This document shows, one piece after another, positions 37,652-50,155 of a DNA stretch of 64,000 nucleotides; position 1 is the stretch's first letter; each line of letters begins with the position of its first letter. The translations under genes and the position numbers were made by a program. The notes beneath the pieces are model-generated. The model saw only the letters and a list, made by a program, of their open reading frames with translations, did no database searches and was not told where the DNA came from. Source of the DNA: Neoconidiobolus thromboides FSU 785 (lineage: Eukaryota; Fungi; Entomophthoromycota); the NCBI GenBank assembly GCA_025603075.1, contig MU626264.1, positions 158,531 to 222,530 on the forward strand, read 5' to 3'.

Positions 37652-39378
37652 TTATTCTTTGATGTAAAGTTTCAATTTTTGTAATCTTTCAACGGCTTGC
37701 TCTAAAACATCTAGTGATTTACAAAAAGCAAAGCGTATAAGATTTGCTGCTATTGGGGCATTATCTTCGGAGTAAAATTCAGAACATGGGATAGCAGTAA
37801 TTCCAATATTTTTACATAACCAATAACACATTTGATAATTGTTACCACGTGCTTTGATCTCTTCGGGTGCATCTTCCCAAGACTCTGTAGGTATGCTTAT
37901 TTTATCAGTATTGATCAAAATAAAGTAGGAGCCTTCCGGAATGACATAAGATAATTTAAGCTTATCTAAGGCTTTCATGAGATATTCGCGACGTTCGTCA
38001 TATTCTTCAATTTGCTTATTGAAAAAGTTGTTGGTTTCTGCTTGTTCAAATGAATCAGCAATAGCTTCTTGGATAGGAGTAGAAGTACAAAAGCAGATTC
38101 TTGCATGAGCAGCCAATGCATATTTTATGAGATGATCTGGTCCGATCAACCATCCTAATCTCCACCCCGTAACACCAAATGTTTTACCAGCACTCCCAAC
38201 TGTGATTGTACGCTCCCAAAAATTTTTAAGGGATGCAATAGGAACATGCTTTGATGGGGAGTAATATAATCTATCGTACTAAAAGGTATTAAAATATCGA
38301 AATATTCTATCATAAATACTTACAACTTCATCACTTAATATAAGTAGGTTATGTCTCTCGGCTAGATCACCTATTTGAAGGAGTTCTTGCTCGGTAAATA
38401 CTTTTCCGACCGGGTTATAAGGTGTATTTACTATAATCATCTTAGTTTTTGGGGTGATCTTTGATTCCAATTCTTTCAAGTCCAACTTCCATGATGACGC
38501 AGGGATCTTTGAGTTAAAATCAACATTTTTTTCTAAACGTAATGGACAATAAATTGGGACTCCCCCATTCATTTTTAAATTTGGCTATTTAAAATTAATG
38601 ATAACAGTATATTATTTGTAAACTATTTTACTAAATATTGGTCAAAATATGGCTCAATAAAGATAGCTTCGTCACCTGTTTTTGGTTAACTCAAATCCAA
38701 ATATTAGAAAAATAAAATACCTTGGTTAATGAAAGCAGCTAATACACTATATATACCTATTAAAAATAAATGTTTGGTTACTATATACTGTTCAATATAC
38801 ATACCTTCATTAGCCCCAGTAGTAGCAATTATTTCAGTTTCTGGATTTAATTCTCTGTTTAATATTGGAGAATAACTTTTTGCCAAAGCCTAAAAATAAA
38901 TAAAAACTCCAAATAAAAAGGCAAATGAATACATTTCTTAAACGTGGGGTCCCACGGATAGGCGCGTATTGGTTCAGATCCTTTTTGACTGCAGTACATA
39001 ATGCTTCCTTAACGAAATCTGGAGCAGGGAAACTATTTACAAAATAAGTTCAAATTACATAAAAAAATGAGATAGCTATAAACATATGGTTTCAAGTACC
39101 TCATAAAACCTTGGCCAAGATTGATAGTTTGGTACTTGTTGGAAACTTTACTAAAGATGGTCCAAACTAAATTGGGCTTTAATAAAAAATCCAGCTATTG
39201 TTATTTTTGAATTACCGTCATCTTGTAAGTTTGAAACTCTCTCTGCTACTAAATTTTGGACAGCTTTTTGATTGTTATTGTTTAGAGTCATCTTGGTTGT
39301 ATTGAAACTCAACTTGTTAATTTTTATAAAGTATTTATATTTTATCTTTTTGAACTGAAGTTTAGATAAATGACTCAT
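37652..39378 (-). CDS. BNA3: Kynurenine aminotransferase (class I PLP aminotransferase), multi-exon
   Basis: VWTIFS..INLGQGF, NQYAPIRGTPRLRN, TTGANEG, NTPYNPVGKV, LILSDEVY, VGSAGKTFGVTGWRLGW, RFAFCK. Confidence 0.95.
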
Positions 39379-39458
39379 AATTTAATTAAATAATGAAATT
39401 TTCTAAATACAACGAATTGATTTCGTTTTTTTAATTTAATGGGTTCTTCTCGGGAAAT

Positions 39459-39466
39459 ATCACGTG
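39459..39466. promoter_or_regulatory. ATCACGTG bHLH (Cbf1-type RTCACRTG) site upstream of BNA3
   Basis: Exact consensus match about 80 bp upstream of the first ATG; single site, function not shown. Confidence 0.3.
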
Positions 39467-40139
39467 GTTAATCTAAACATGTCTTTTAAAAAATATATTT
39501 GCCAAAGCTAGCATTTTAAGTTATAATAATTGAATGCATATAAAATCCATTTTATTGAAGATACATTGAAATCACTAATTTCAAAGCTAGTTTCAACAAT
39601 GTAACTGTATTATTACAACTATCTAAAGATACTTTAAGATACTATAATATTTTATAGAATGTGTGAAATAAAACTATGGAAAACTAAACAATTAGCGAAA
39701 AAGATTTGTTTGAATTAAATTATGTTGAAAAATAAATCGTATAAATAAAGGCTAAAAACAGTACATTTCTATGAATATACTGATACTACAGTTTTCATTT
39801 TTATTGGGCTCAAACTGAGTTAATATGAATAACCCACTTTATAAAAAGGTTTAACTATCTTAAATTTCATTTAAATTTTCCCCCTAAAGAGTGGTCAATA
39901 TTTCATGTAAAATGCCAAATAATATCGCTAATTTTTCAATAAATTGTAATAAGTAAAAGCCCAATCTTTTTATATGAAATAGCATTAAATATAAAACTTT
40001 CAATTAATATAAAATATAAAATATAAAATCTTGGAGTAACTTTAATACTTGATCTTCGAATTCCTTTATATTACTATTAATATATTAATATCTTTTGTTA
40101 ATATTAGTAAGCAATTTTTGCGCTAAAATCTCAGCTTTC

Positions 40140-40149
40140 GAAAAATTTT
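40140..40149 (+). promoter_or_regulatory. RRPE-like GAAAAATTTT element upstream of LSG1
   Basis: Within near-palindrome TTCGAAAAATTTTCGAA, about 65-75 bp before a ribosome-biogenesis gene. Confidence 0.35.
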
Positions 40150-40212
40150 CGAATTTTCATCTAAATTTCCATTTTCCTTTGAATTAACTTTCAACTTTTA
40201 ATAAAATAAAAG

Positions 40213-42729
40213 ATGGTATTACCAACATCAAAAAAAAACGTAGGTTTAGGAAAAGCTATCATTCGTAGCCGTTTCAAGAACAACACAAGGCCAAGAGATA
40301 ATGATACTGCTCTTGTGGTATTTATTTTACTATCTGCTATACTTTAATTTTAATTTTATCTAGCATACTACTGAGATGGATGATGGGCCGAGCTGGACCA
40401 AGCTCCAATCTATTACTCAAGAAGGCGATTTAGAGGAGTTTTTACATACAGCCGAGCTAGCTGGTACAGACTTTACGGCTGGTATATTTATATTTTAATG
40501 CAGTGTTCCTTTCTAAATATTTTTAAGAACGTCTTAACATCCAAGTTGTATCCGATAGTTATAAAAATCCATTCTTATTAACGGAAGAAGAGCAAATAGA
40601 GACGTTAAAAAAGCAAGAGGATAATCGCGATAAACTCACTATTCCAAGAAGGTAAATAGATTATTCTTGTTTTATTTCTATTTTTATTTTAAACGTTTAT
40701 TCTAGACCTTATTGGGAAAAGGATATGACTGCTCAACAAATCAATAGAAATGAGCAAAGTTCATTCTTGGATTGGCGTAGAAGTTTGGCACTGTAATTTA
40801 TTTATACTAAAATAGTGACTTTCATTAAAATAATATAGTTTACAAGAAGAAAATGGTTTACTCTTAACACCTTATGAGCGTAATTTAGAAGTTTGGCGCC
40901 AACTTTGGCGTGTTATTGAAAGATCCCAACTTATAGTTCAAATTGTTGATGCTAGAAATCCAATTTTCTTTCGCTCTACAGATTTAGAAACCTATGTCAA
41001 AGAAGTTGATCCCTCTAAAAAGAATCTTTTACTTATTAACAAAGCCGATCTTCTTACTTATTCACAAAGGTATATACATTATTATATTATTTAATCATAC
41101 TAAAAATCAACTAGAAAAGCTTGGGCTGATTACTTTCAAAGTCAAAACATTGATTTTGTATTTTTCTCCGCAGCTATTTCAACTGCTGAGCAGGAAAAAG
41201 AACTTGAGCGTTTAAGACAGGAAGAAGAACTTAAATCATTAAGTGTAGAAAAAACCAAAGAGGAAGAAGAGGGAGAAGAGGGAGAAGAGGGAGAAGAGGG
41301 AGAGATAAGCAAGAGTATAAAAGAAGAAGACAAACGGAATGAAGTAGATGAAATTATCCAAAAGGTGGATGAAATTGATATTGAAGACGAAATCACAGAA
41401 CAAGTATTTTTTAAACTAATTCATTAGTTTATCTTAATAACCATTTTTTAGACACTTGACCATTCCTCTAAACGCCCAGCAAATTATTATAAACTTAATG
41501 ATAATAAAGATGTTGAAGATGACCCTAGACTTAAGATTTTAAGTTGTGCTGAGTTAATTGAACTCTTTTCAAAGAAGGGAGTTAAACCAGGTAGTTTAAT
41601 AAATCAATGCTAAAATAATGATTAATGTTTAAAAGATCCTGGCCAATTCCATTCTAAAAACCAACATGCTAATAAATTGACAATCGGTTTAGTGGGATAT
41701 CCAAATGTTGGTAAATCATCAACAATTAATGCTTTGATGGGAGAAAAATGTGTTGCAGTTGCCGCTACTCCTGGAAAAACCAAGCATTTCCAAGTAATTT
41801 TTAGTTTTTCTTACTTAAACCGTTTCCAATAACATCATCAGACATTACATTTAGACGATGAAATTATTTTATGTGATTGCCCTGGTTTAGTGTTCCCATC
41901 TTTTGCCACCACACAAGCAGATATGGTATGCAATGGTGTATTACCAATTGATCATTTACGTGAACATACTGGTCCAATTACCTTAATTGTTCAACGTGTT
42001 CCACAACGCGTCCTTGAAGCTATCTACGGTATAGTAATAAAGACGCAACCAATAGAGGAAGGTGGTTCCGGAACACCTACTTCAGAAGAATTCCTTAAAG
42101 CTTATGCTGGTAGTTTTATTCATACATTCAAAGAAATCTTTATTCATTTTATTTTAGTCTCTAGAGGTTATACTAAATCAAGTGAAGGTAATCCAGATGA
42201 AGCACGTGCGGCTCGTTATATATTAAAAGATTCTGTGAAGGTAAATTTATTTTACAACGTAATTTTTAAATATTAATAATTTTAGGGGAAATTACTTTAC
42301 AATCACCCACCACCAGATTATAAAAACCCATCAGAATTCAATAGAGAAATTTATAATGAAGCCAATCTTCCAAAAAAGAAAATAGTTAGTATTTTTATCA
42401 ATATAAATTGACTCAACTAATATTCTCTCTAGCATATTATACCAGAAGGCACGATACCAGCTTCTCATTTAAAATTTAGTAAAGTTGATGGATTAGATTC
42501 TCGTTTTTTCAAAAAAGAGGCATCTACTCTCCCTAGTATTAAAGGCAAATTTGCTTCTTCTGGATTCACTCGCGTACAATTATACCCTCATCAGCAAATG
42601 ACAGCAGATGATGGTAGTACAAATCCTGGTATGAATGTCAAGAAAGCAACACCTAGAGCTGTTAAAAAACAACACAAGAAAGGTAAAAAGAATATCAAAC
42701 AACGTTCAGGATATGGCCTTGATATATAA
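40213..42729 (+). CDS. LSG1: Large subunit GTPase 1 (circularly permuted GTPase, 60S maturation), multi-exon
   Basis: LQSITQEGDLEEFLHTAELAGTDFTA, LTPYERNLEVWRQLWRVIERSQLIVQIVDARNP, NKADLL, VGYPNVGKSSTINAL, DCPGLVFPSF, PDEARAARYILKD. Confidence 0.95.
41266..41301 (+). repeat. (GAAGAGGGA)4 coding minisatellite (EEG repeat) in the LSG1 acidic insert
   Basis: Four exact 9-bp units. Confidence 0.9.
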
Positions 42730-43174
42730 AAATTTAAAAGCTAAATTCCAACAAAAAGAATATATTTTTGATTGTAATGAGTATTTCTGGTTATGATTTT
42801 GAGTCATCTAGTTATTCTGCTAATTGTAAATTCATATAGTGTAGAAATACGTAGCTTCTTATAGAGATTTTGGTTTTATATTAAATGTTAAAAGCAAAAT
42901 TAGACTTATTTTTTATAAATTTGTTTGTTACTTCTATTTTTTTATGTTGATATGTTGATAATAATTAATAGTCCATTTAATAGCACAAAATAAATACAAT
43001 AAATAACCAAATAAAAATAATCCAATTATTAATTAAATTTAAACTGTAAGTAATTTATTTTATTTTATAGCTAGAAGCGATAATTAGCTAAGTTAAAATG
43101 ATTTAATTGAGACAAGTAGGTTAAAATAACAATATACTGTTTGATTCTACTTCCTTAAATTAATATATTGTGAA

Positions 43175-44038
43175 TCATTTTCTTTCTGTTTTCATTTGCG
43201 CATACGCATTGAGAAGAGACCCAAATTGGTCTACTTTAGATTCAAGTGCTGTTAGTCGTTGATCAATAGAAGCTTTAAAAGTCAACATCTCTCTCATTAA
43301 TTCAGTTTGTTGTTTAAGTTCTTGAAGACGAAGTTGTTCAGTCTGAGAAATAAGCACCAATTGTTGATCAACACCTTCAAGGGCAGGCTTAGAACGCTTT
43401 TGATCTTTAGAAGCTTGATTAATTAAATTTAAATAATCTTCAGCGTGGTTCGATCCAGAATTACCTCCTTGCTGCATATTCATACGCTCATCACCTTTAG
43501 GCAAAAGTCGCTTTAAGCTATAACTATCCTCTTTAAAAGTATCGCCGGTAGATTCTATTTTATGTACCTTGCGTGGCTGTCGTTTTGAAGGGCTTCCCTT
43601 TTTGTCTTTACCTATCATATCAATGACATCAAGATAAAGTTGATCAGCTGGATCGATAAACTCATACTGATTAGTCAGCAAATCATGTCCTTTCTGTGAA
43701 TCTCTAAATCTGTTGCAAATCCTATGAGTTTGTTCACGACATTGCTTACCAGATAAAGTTATATTTAAAGTTTGAGCAACGGTTTCAGCAATTTTATTCC
43801 AACTTTGATGCTTATCACCATATTTAGTTGCAAAAGGATTATTTTCTTTAACTTGACGCAATATCTCAAGGTTCTGTTCAGCACTGTATCTTACACTCTT
43901 GCGGCTATTTTTTCCATACTCATTAATCTCAAAAGAATCATTGTCTCCATTATTTTGTGCTTCTAATTGAGGTGCATTGGCAACTGCTTCTTCTAGCTTT
44001 TCGAGCATTTTTTGCACTTCTACTGCTTCACTTGACAT
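43175..44038 (-). CDS. Myb/SANT-like DNA-binding protein with C-terminal coiled coil (intronless)
   Basis: RYSAEQNLEILRQVKENNPF..SWNKIAETV..SGKQCRE tri-helix pattern; Q/L/E-rich heptads near the C-terminus. Confidence 0.75.
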   Translation of the reverse strand: MSSEAVEVQKMLEKLEEAVANAPQLEAQNNGDNDSFEINEYGKNSRKSVRYSAEQNLEILRQVKENNPFATKYGDKHQSWNKIAETVAQTLNITLSGKQCREQTHRICNRFRDSQKGHDLLTNQYEFIDPADQLYLDVIDMIGKDKKGSPSKRQPRKVHKIESTGDTFKEDSYSLKRLLPKGDERMNMQQGGNSGSNHAEDYLNLINQASKDQKRSKPALEGVDQQLVLISQTEQLRLQELKQQTELMREMLTFKASIDQRLTALESKVDQFGSLLNAYAQMKTERK

Positions 44039-44403
44039 GGTTGAGAATGAAAAATTTAGATGTTGCAGCTTAACTAAACCTTTTGATGTGGAAAATGGGT
44101 TTACTCAAAAGTTCAATTATTGCGCTTAAATAGCTAAGTGCAACTTTATTGTCCAATCATTTACTTTTATTCGTCTAATAATATTTTAAATTTTGGTTAA
44201 TTAAAAAAGCCTAGTGCATAGAATTAGGTTTGAAACAATTAATCACAAAATCATTTGAGTAAGATTATGATCTCAAGAAAGAAGGAAATATAATTGGGTT
44301 GTTCAGTTTATGCAAAAGACCATTTGTTTATTTGAGTGCTCATATTGTTGTAAATAATATAATAAATTATATTATATTCCTTAAGCTCAGGCTAACCCAT
44401 ACT

Positions 44404-44498
44404 TGAGGATGTCTTTTCTTATTTAAGAAATTTGTCAACATTTTTTCCACTCAATAGTATTCAAAAAATGGAAAGATGATGAAATAAAAACATCCCTC
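44404..44498 (-). mobile_element. Degenerate GGGGATG-family MITE
   Basis: TGAGGATG...TTTTCCACTCAATAG...AAAACATCCC. Confidence 0.7.
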
Positions 44499-44943
44499 CT
44501 GAATCATTTAGTTTGCCAAATAATAACTTTTAAAATAGATGAGTTGAGTTATCTTTTACTAGAAAAATAGGGGCTTAAATAAGGTTATCGTTAATAATCT
44601 TAAGGGATAGTTCTATGAATATGTATGGTCATTTAACTTATTTGGAATACACTGATCAAACAATTTATATTATAAATAAAATTTAGCTTTAGATATAATA
44701 AAAAATCACCACATAATAATTTTAACTAATACTTTATAGTAAATAGATCTTTGCTCTGATCATTTAGAACTATTATTAAAAACATCAAATTTTACATCAA
44801 ATGATCATTATAAACAGCTAAAAATATCTTTAATAAAATATTAATTTTTTTGATTGAATAATATAATTTTTTTTTAAAATCAAGATGGAATAGAATAGTA
44901 TAAATTTTGAATGCTAAAAAATAACACTTTAAAATTTTTTAGA

Positions 44944-47348
44944 TTATAATGATGCTTGAGGAACATTGGGCGAAAGAATAGCAACATCCTCAGTAGAGAT
45001 CTTATGGATTTTTCCCGAAAGTTTTTGTGCATCATGTACAAGGGAAGAAAATCCAGCTTGAGCTAAACCGACGCTATGTTTTAATTTGAGATGAGCTAAT
45101 TTTGTATCCTCTTGCTCTCGAATTCTAGAGGTAAAGGAAGCATAAAGCTGCCCCGAGGCTCCTTGAAGGTATTTTGAAGTGTTATTTGCAGACCTTTCAG
45201 ATGCTTTAACTGCAAAGCGATGTGCTCTAAACTCACTTTGGATTTTTTTAATAACCTTTTCATTACATTGTTTATGAAGATCATTTAATGCAAGGTAAGC
45301 TACACCTAATCCTAAAAAATAGTTAGTCTTTGTTTTGATAATATAAATTAAAGCTTACCTGTTGCTGAAAGTCCAATAATGATCCAACTATTAATGGAAG
45401 ATGAAGGGTCGACTATTAACTGATAAGACATTGCGATATATTCTCTTACGCCTAACAATTGGGTTCCTACAAAAGTAACTCCGGAAAATAATATTGACAT
45501 ATTTCTGATTTTAGCTGGGATGTCTAAGAGCTCAAACCAAGTGAATTGAACATTTGAAAGCATACTTTCAATAACATTTTTCTTGTGCGAAGTTATAGGG
45601 CATGGGGGAACTAGCATCTTATTACTAGATCCACAAACTTCACGATCCAAACCTAAAATTGAGCGGTAAGTTGATGTAGATGCCTCAACTAAACGATGTT
45701 CAGTGTCAAGCATTAATCGAGAAATAGATGTCCCTGCACAATACTTTAAATCATCAACATAAGACATAACTCCAATAAATCCTGGCCAAGAAGGGCGAGT
45801 AATATATTCACCAAGGTTCGTGATTTGAAGATCTAAAACACGTTCCATTTCAGTACGAGAATACTCTACCGCTTGTTGTAAAAGTTTGGTAGCTTCTTTT
45901 GTTGAAACTTCTTTATCCTTTACCGTTTGCTCATATTGTGGTAAAATTACACTGAGGCTACTCTCTATTTCATCAGCTTGTTTATTAGCTTCTTCTAAAT
46001 TAAATTCAGATAAAGTAGAAATGTCATCCAAAACATTCAATGCAAAGCGCTTTGCTGGAGCTAATTTAGATCTAGCACGTTTTTCTAAAATAAATGAACG
46101 TAAACAACTTTCAAGTCTCTGAAAATCATGAGGAATTTCATTAGGAGGATATGCAAAATCACCATCATAAGGGAAGCAATGATCAGCTGCAACAAAATGG
46201 ACTAAATCTTGAGCATCTTCATAAGTGCGAGGTGACAATTGACGAATTTGATCTAAAATAAGTCTACGACATTTTTGTTTATCTCTGATAGTATCAAATC
46301 GATTTACAACTATAAAAATATAAGCTTTTTCTTTACCAGCTGATTGTAAAAATTCTTGTCCAGATAAAGTAAATTGATTTTCAGCATGTACACAAAAGAC
46401 AACTACGTCAATTTCCTCTTGGCGAGCAAAAAGTTGAGTTGTCTTTAATGAATCTCTATTAAGGCCTGGTGAATCAATTAATGTGATATCAAGTGTACCA
46501 TTATTAAGCATGGTTTCGGTAGATTCCTTATCGTGGCAATAAACTTTGACTAATTCATATCCACGGAAATCTTCAGATACAACTCTAAATAATTCATGTA
46601 AAGGAATTCTATCGTAAGTTGAGCCGTCTTTAACGTTGTATAAACCAGCATTTGGGATAGCATGTGCTTCTTCTACTCCGTTATTTAACTCAACGGCCAA
46701 GACTTCACAAAAAAGCATGGTACATGGCTGCTGATCAGATGGCATAACTCTTCTTTTAAGAAGAGCATTTACAAAAGTTGACTTTCCAGAATTTAAGTCA
46801 CCAGTTACCAAAACTTTTGAATTTTTATCACTTATTCTAGCCATCATTTTCTCGAGATATCTCAAGCAATGAGCAAGTCTATCTTCAAACAGATTAGAAA
46901 TAGAGTTATGCTCAAGACTATCTACCACTCTTACATTTGAATGATGGCCAAACTTTACATCTAAACGAAGAATATCAAGATTTTTAGTTGAATTACTTGA
47001 AGTTGGCTCTTCGGAAACTTCTTCACCAAAAGAAGGAGAAGCTATGTTGAAATTGGATTGAACAGATTGAGGTCTTTCAGGAATATTAGAGGAACCTTGC
47101 TGCTGCAAGTTTAATGAATCGAGCGATTGACTACGAATAGATGAACCCGCTAATCTATGGGTATTAGAGGAGCCCGGATAACGAAAAGTCCAATCAGATC
47201 TATTAAGCTCACTTAATCTATTAACAAGCTCTCGTGTACTTCCTAAATGCTTCAACAATCTCGAACTTTTTATATTAAAAATGCGCTCATATTCCTCAAT
47301 AGACAATGGGTCTTTAGAGGAACCTGGAACTAAATGTCGACTAGTCAT
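44944..47348 (-). CDS. FZO1: Mitofusin / transmembrane GTPase Fzo1, 2 exons
   Basis: SKVLVTGDLNSGKSTFVNALL, DQQPCT, LIDSPGLN, VVNRFDTIRD, DFQRLESCLRSFILEKRARSKLAPAK; intron 45312-45359; exon 2 ends with TAA at 44944. Confidence 0.95.
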
Positions 47349-48102
47349 AATGATAACTAATTTTTATTAAAAGTACAACTGTTTTCTACTTTTAAGGACT
47401 AATTTAAAATTAAGTCTTATTTTTACTATTATTAAATATAAATTCGATCTTACACTTAAAAATAATGGATCTATTAAAATTCTAAGCTTACTTCAAAATA
47501 AGAATATGGGTAAAAGGGATTTTGACTATAATTGGTTAGTTTTTGAACTTTACTTAGCCAAGTTTTAGCATGGAGATTATTGAAATGAAAAAATGGGAAT
47601 CTTTTCCTTTAACTAATTATTCAATCCTTAAGCCTAAAAATATAATAGGTTTGAGTAAAGTTTATACTTAAAACGTATCTAAATAAATGATAAAAAACTA
47701 TTTAACGATGTTGAGGCTTTGTTTTTTACATTCTTGAAATTTTTGGAGTTGAGTATAAATAATATAAGAATACCTTTTTTACTTGTTTAAAGCTAAACCA
47801 TTTTTCAAAATGATCATGTCAAAAACCGTACATTTTGAGTTTAAATGCTCATTGACTGGACATTCATTCAGAAATAGAGATCACTGTATTGATTTACAAT
47901 TTATAACCTGAGGTCTGAATATAATTTTATATAAACCTTTACTTGATTCATATTTGAACTTAAAATGTACTTGCCTTTGACTTAATCATTTTGGAAAATC
48001 CTGTAACTGTAAGAAACTAACAATCAGAAAAGTAGATTTTATTATAAGACTTAATTTAAATAATAAATACAATAATTTGGGTATATGAATAACATATTAA
48101 AT

Positions 48103-48108
48103 GCGGCT

Positions 48109-48152
<44 letters not shown>

Positions 48153-48175
48153 GCGTTCAATCCGCGGTGGGCGCA
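48103..48175 (+). tRNA. tRNA-Phe (GAA), intronless
   Basis: Cloverleaf with D-arm AGCTCAGTTGGGAGAGC, anticodon arm TCAGA-CTGAAGA-TCTGA, T-arm CCGCG-TTCAATC-CGCGG; one acceptor-stem mismatch. Confidence 0.9.
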
Positions 48176-48195
48176 TCCAGAGTTTATACACTTGA

Positions 48196-48201
48196 TTTTT
48201 T
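48196..48201 (+). terminator. Pol III terminator (T6) after tRNA-Phe
   Basis: First long T run, about 20 bp downstream of the tRNA. Confidence 0.55.
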
Positions 48202-48393
48202 GATAATGAATCATACTAGTATGATACTAAGTTTTTCCATTTGGGGATGTCCAAATTGATTTCACTTTTTATTCAGTATTTGTGTTTTAAAAATTGCTTC
48301 TGTTTTATTATAATTTATACTGTAAGTTAATGGAATTTTTATTAAATTTAATAAAAATTCTCGAGTTACCAGGGCTTTTATTAATCTAATCTA

Positions 48394-48495
48394 TATGAGA
48401 CTGTTTTTTTTAGTTTCCTTATTTTTCCATTTTTAAGCGCTATTTGAGTGGAAAGATTGTAGTAAAATTCTTAAACAAAAAAACACACCCCCATA
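48394..48495 (+). mobile_element. GGGGATG-family MITE nested in long element B
   Basis: TATGAGACTG...AAGCGCTA...CCCCCATA; the corresponding site in copy A lacks it. Confidence 0.85.
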
Positions 48496-48581
48496 TATTA
48501 ATCAAAGTTGTAGTATGTAAATAAGTACATATTCCTATAAAACTATTTACTTGCTTAGTAAATATTAGAACTTTTAAATTT

Positions 48582-49022
48582 CGTGAAATATCGCTGTCAG
48601 CCCCATGGTTAATTATAGTATAATAATCGCCTAAGTTGTTGTGCTCTCGAGTTCAGAGGCAATCAATTCCATGTTCTTAGTTTGATTTCCTGAGAAAACT
48701 CCTAACTTCACGCCACAAAGAATATTATCCTCGTTTTGATATTTGTATTTATCAGAGTATAGTAGCTTGAGGCTTTTTAACTGACTTATTCCCTGGTATC
48801 TCGAACATTTAATAAAGCCACTGAATTCTCTTAATAGTATTTTACATAGATTTTACATTAGTATTATCTATTATATTTGTCTTACATAGTCTGTAGCCTA
48901 TCACGTACTATTCTCATAACTCAAGTCCATCTTAGTCACATAAACTAAGACCTTTCGACTTACAACGTAGTTAACCAGGGAATAGCTCTTTTTGACTCCA
49001 ATCACTGAGTATCAGATTTCAC
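48582..49022 (+). mobile_element. 441-bp solo-LTR-like element, copy 2
   Basis: CGTGAAAT...ATTTCAC flanked by AATTT/AATTT (48577-81, 49023-27); AATAAA at 48811; TATA segment deleted between AGAGTATA microhomologies. Confidence 0.75.
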
Positions 49023-49043
49023 AATTTTTAGTTATCTTTATAA

Positions 49044-49160
49044 GATGAGAGTGTTTTTTTCGGCTTCATTATTTTTTCCATCTTTTAAGCGCTATTTGAG
49101 TGGAAAAATTCTTAATAAAATTCTTAATAAAATTCTTAAACATAAAAATACACTCCCATA
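49044..49160 (+). mobile_element. GGGGATG-family MITE with internal 12-bp duplication
   Basis: TGAGAGTG...AAGCGCTA...(TTCTTAATAAAA)x2...CACTCCCATA. Confidence 0.85.
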
Positions 49161-49860
49161 TGTATTTCAAAATTCAACTGAATAAATATAGCAATACCTA
49201 GCAATTAATTTAAAATCTTCTAATAATAATGGTATTTAAGTTTTTGAAATTCATTTAATTTTAAATAATAATTTTTAAAATCACTTTTTAAATCAGTATA
49301 ATTAATAAAAATTTTATTATAGAACTATGTATTATAATAAGAGCATACTTAAAATAATAAACTAAAGAGTAATTATAATAGTAAAGCTTTATGAGACTTA
49401 AAATTTTAAAAATGTTATAAATATGATATTATATTTTATGCAAGGATAGTTAAATATCTCACCATTTCATTATAAGCTCCACCTGATTGAGATTTACATT
49501 ATTAGTTATATAAATGCAAAATTACTTTTGTAAAATGACTTTTAACTTTCTTTTAGACAAAATAAAGTTGTCAACAACCATTAAATAAATTTAAAGTGTC
49601 AACTGAAACAAAACATCAAAGTTGAATCAAAGCACATAAAGACCAGTAATTTATTTATACTGAAGCTTATTAGATAAAATTAAATTATCATCATTATTGT
49701 ATAATGTGAGCTTTTTTAATATCATGTGAAGATAATAGTAAAGGCCAAACCCCAAAGTTTCTTTTTTGCTAAAAGCTGAGTAGATCAGTCTAAATTTCGC
49801 ACTAGATGCGCTAATCTGAGCAAATTATGATGTAATAATTAATCATTAGCCGGTTATTAG

Positions 49861-49943
49861 CCAATAAAGAGTGCAAGGTAGTGAAACCAATGATAAAGAT
49901 AGGAAATAACTGATTGTCCAATCATTAGGACGACTTTTATTGG
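49861..49943. promoter_or_regulatory. CCAAT-box cluster upstream of choline kinase
   Basis: CCAAT at 49861, 49887, 49918 and ATTGG at 49939, 210-300 bp before the ATG. Confidence 0.35.
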
Positions 49944-50155
49944 ATAAAGTCTAAACTTGGGATGAACCTAGTTAAAAGTCGAGTACAATTTGGGTAACTA
50001 AAATTTGCGGAGAAGTACCAAATATATAAATAGATAAAGATACCAAGAACTAATATAAAAGAAAACTATCACCTAAAAAAATTTCTTTTTATTACATGAA
50101 ATTAAGATTTAATTTAAATTTTTTAAAACGTATTAGAAGTAACTATTCACAAAAG

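Larger units (their letters stand above)
48240..49040 (+). mobile_element. Long GGGGATG-family element, copy B (internally deleted; hosts a MITE and a solo-LTR-like element)
   Basis: TGGGGATGTCCAAATTGATTTCAC start matches 10798; later blocks match 11010-11070 and then jump to the 11840/61210 block. Confidence 0.6.

Noticed and set aside
48103-49022. tRNA-targeted integration of the long element and LTR-like copy downstream of tRNA-Phe
   Set aside because: Only one of three copies of each is near a tRNA; no support for Pol III targeting.
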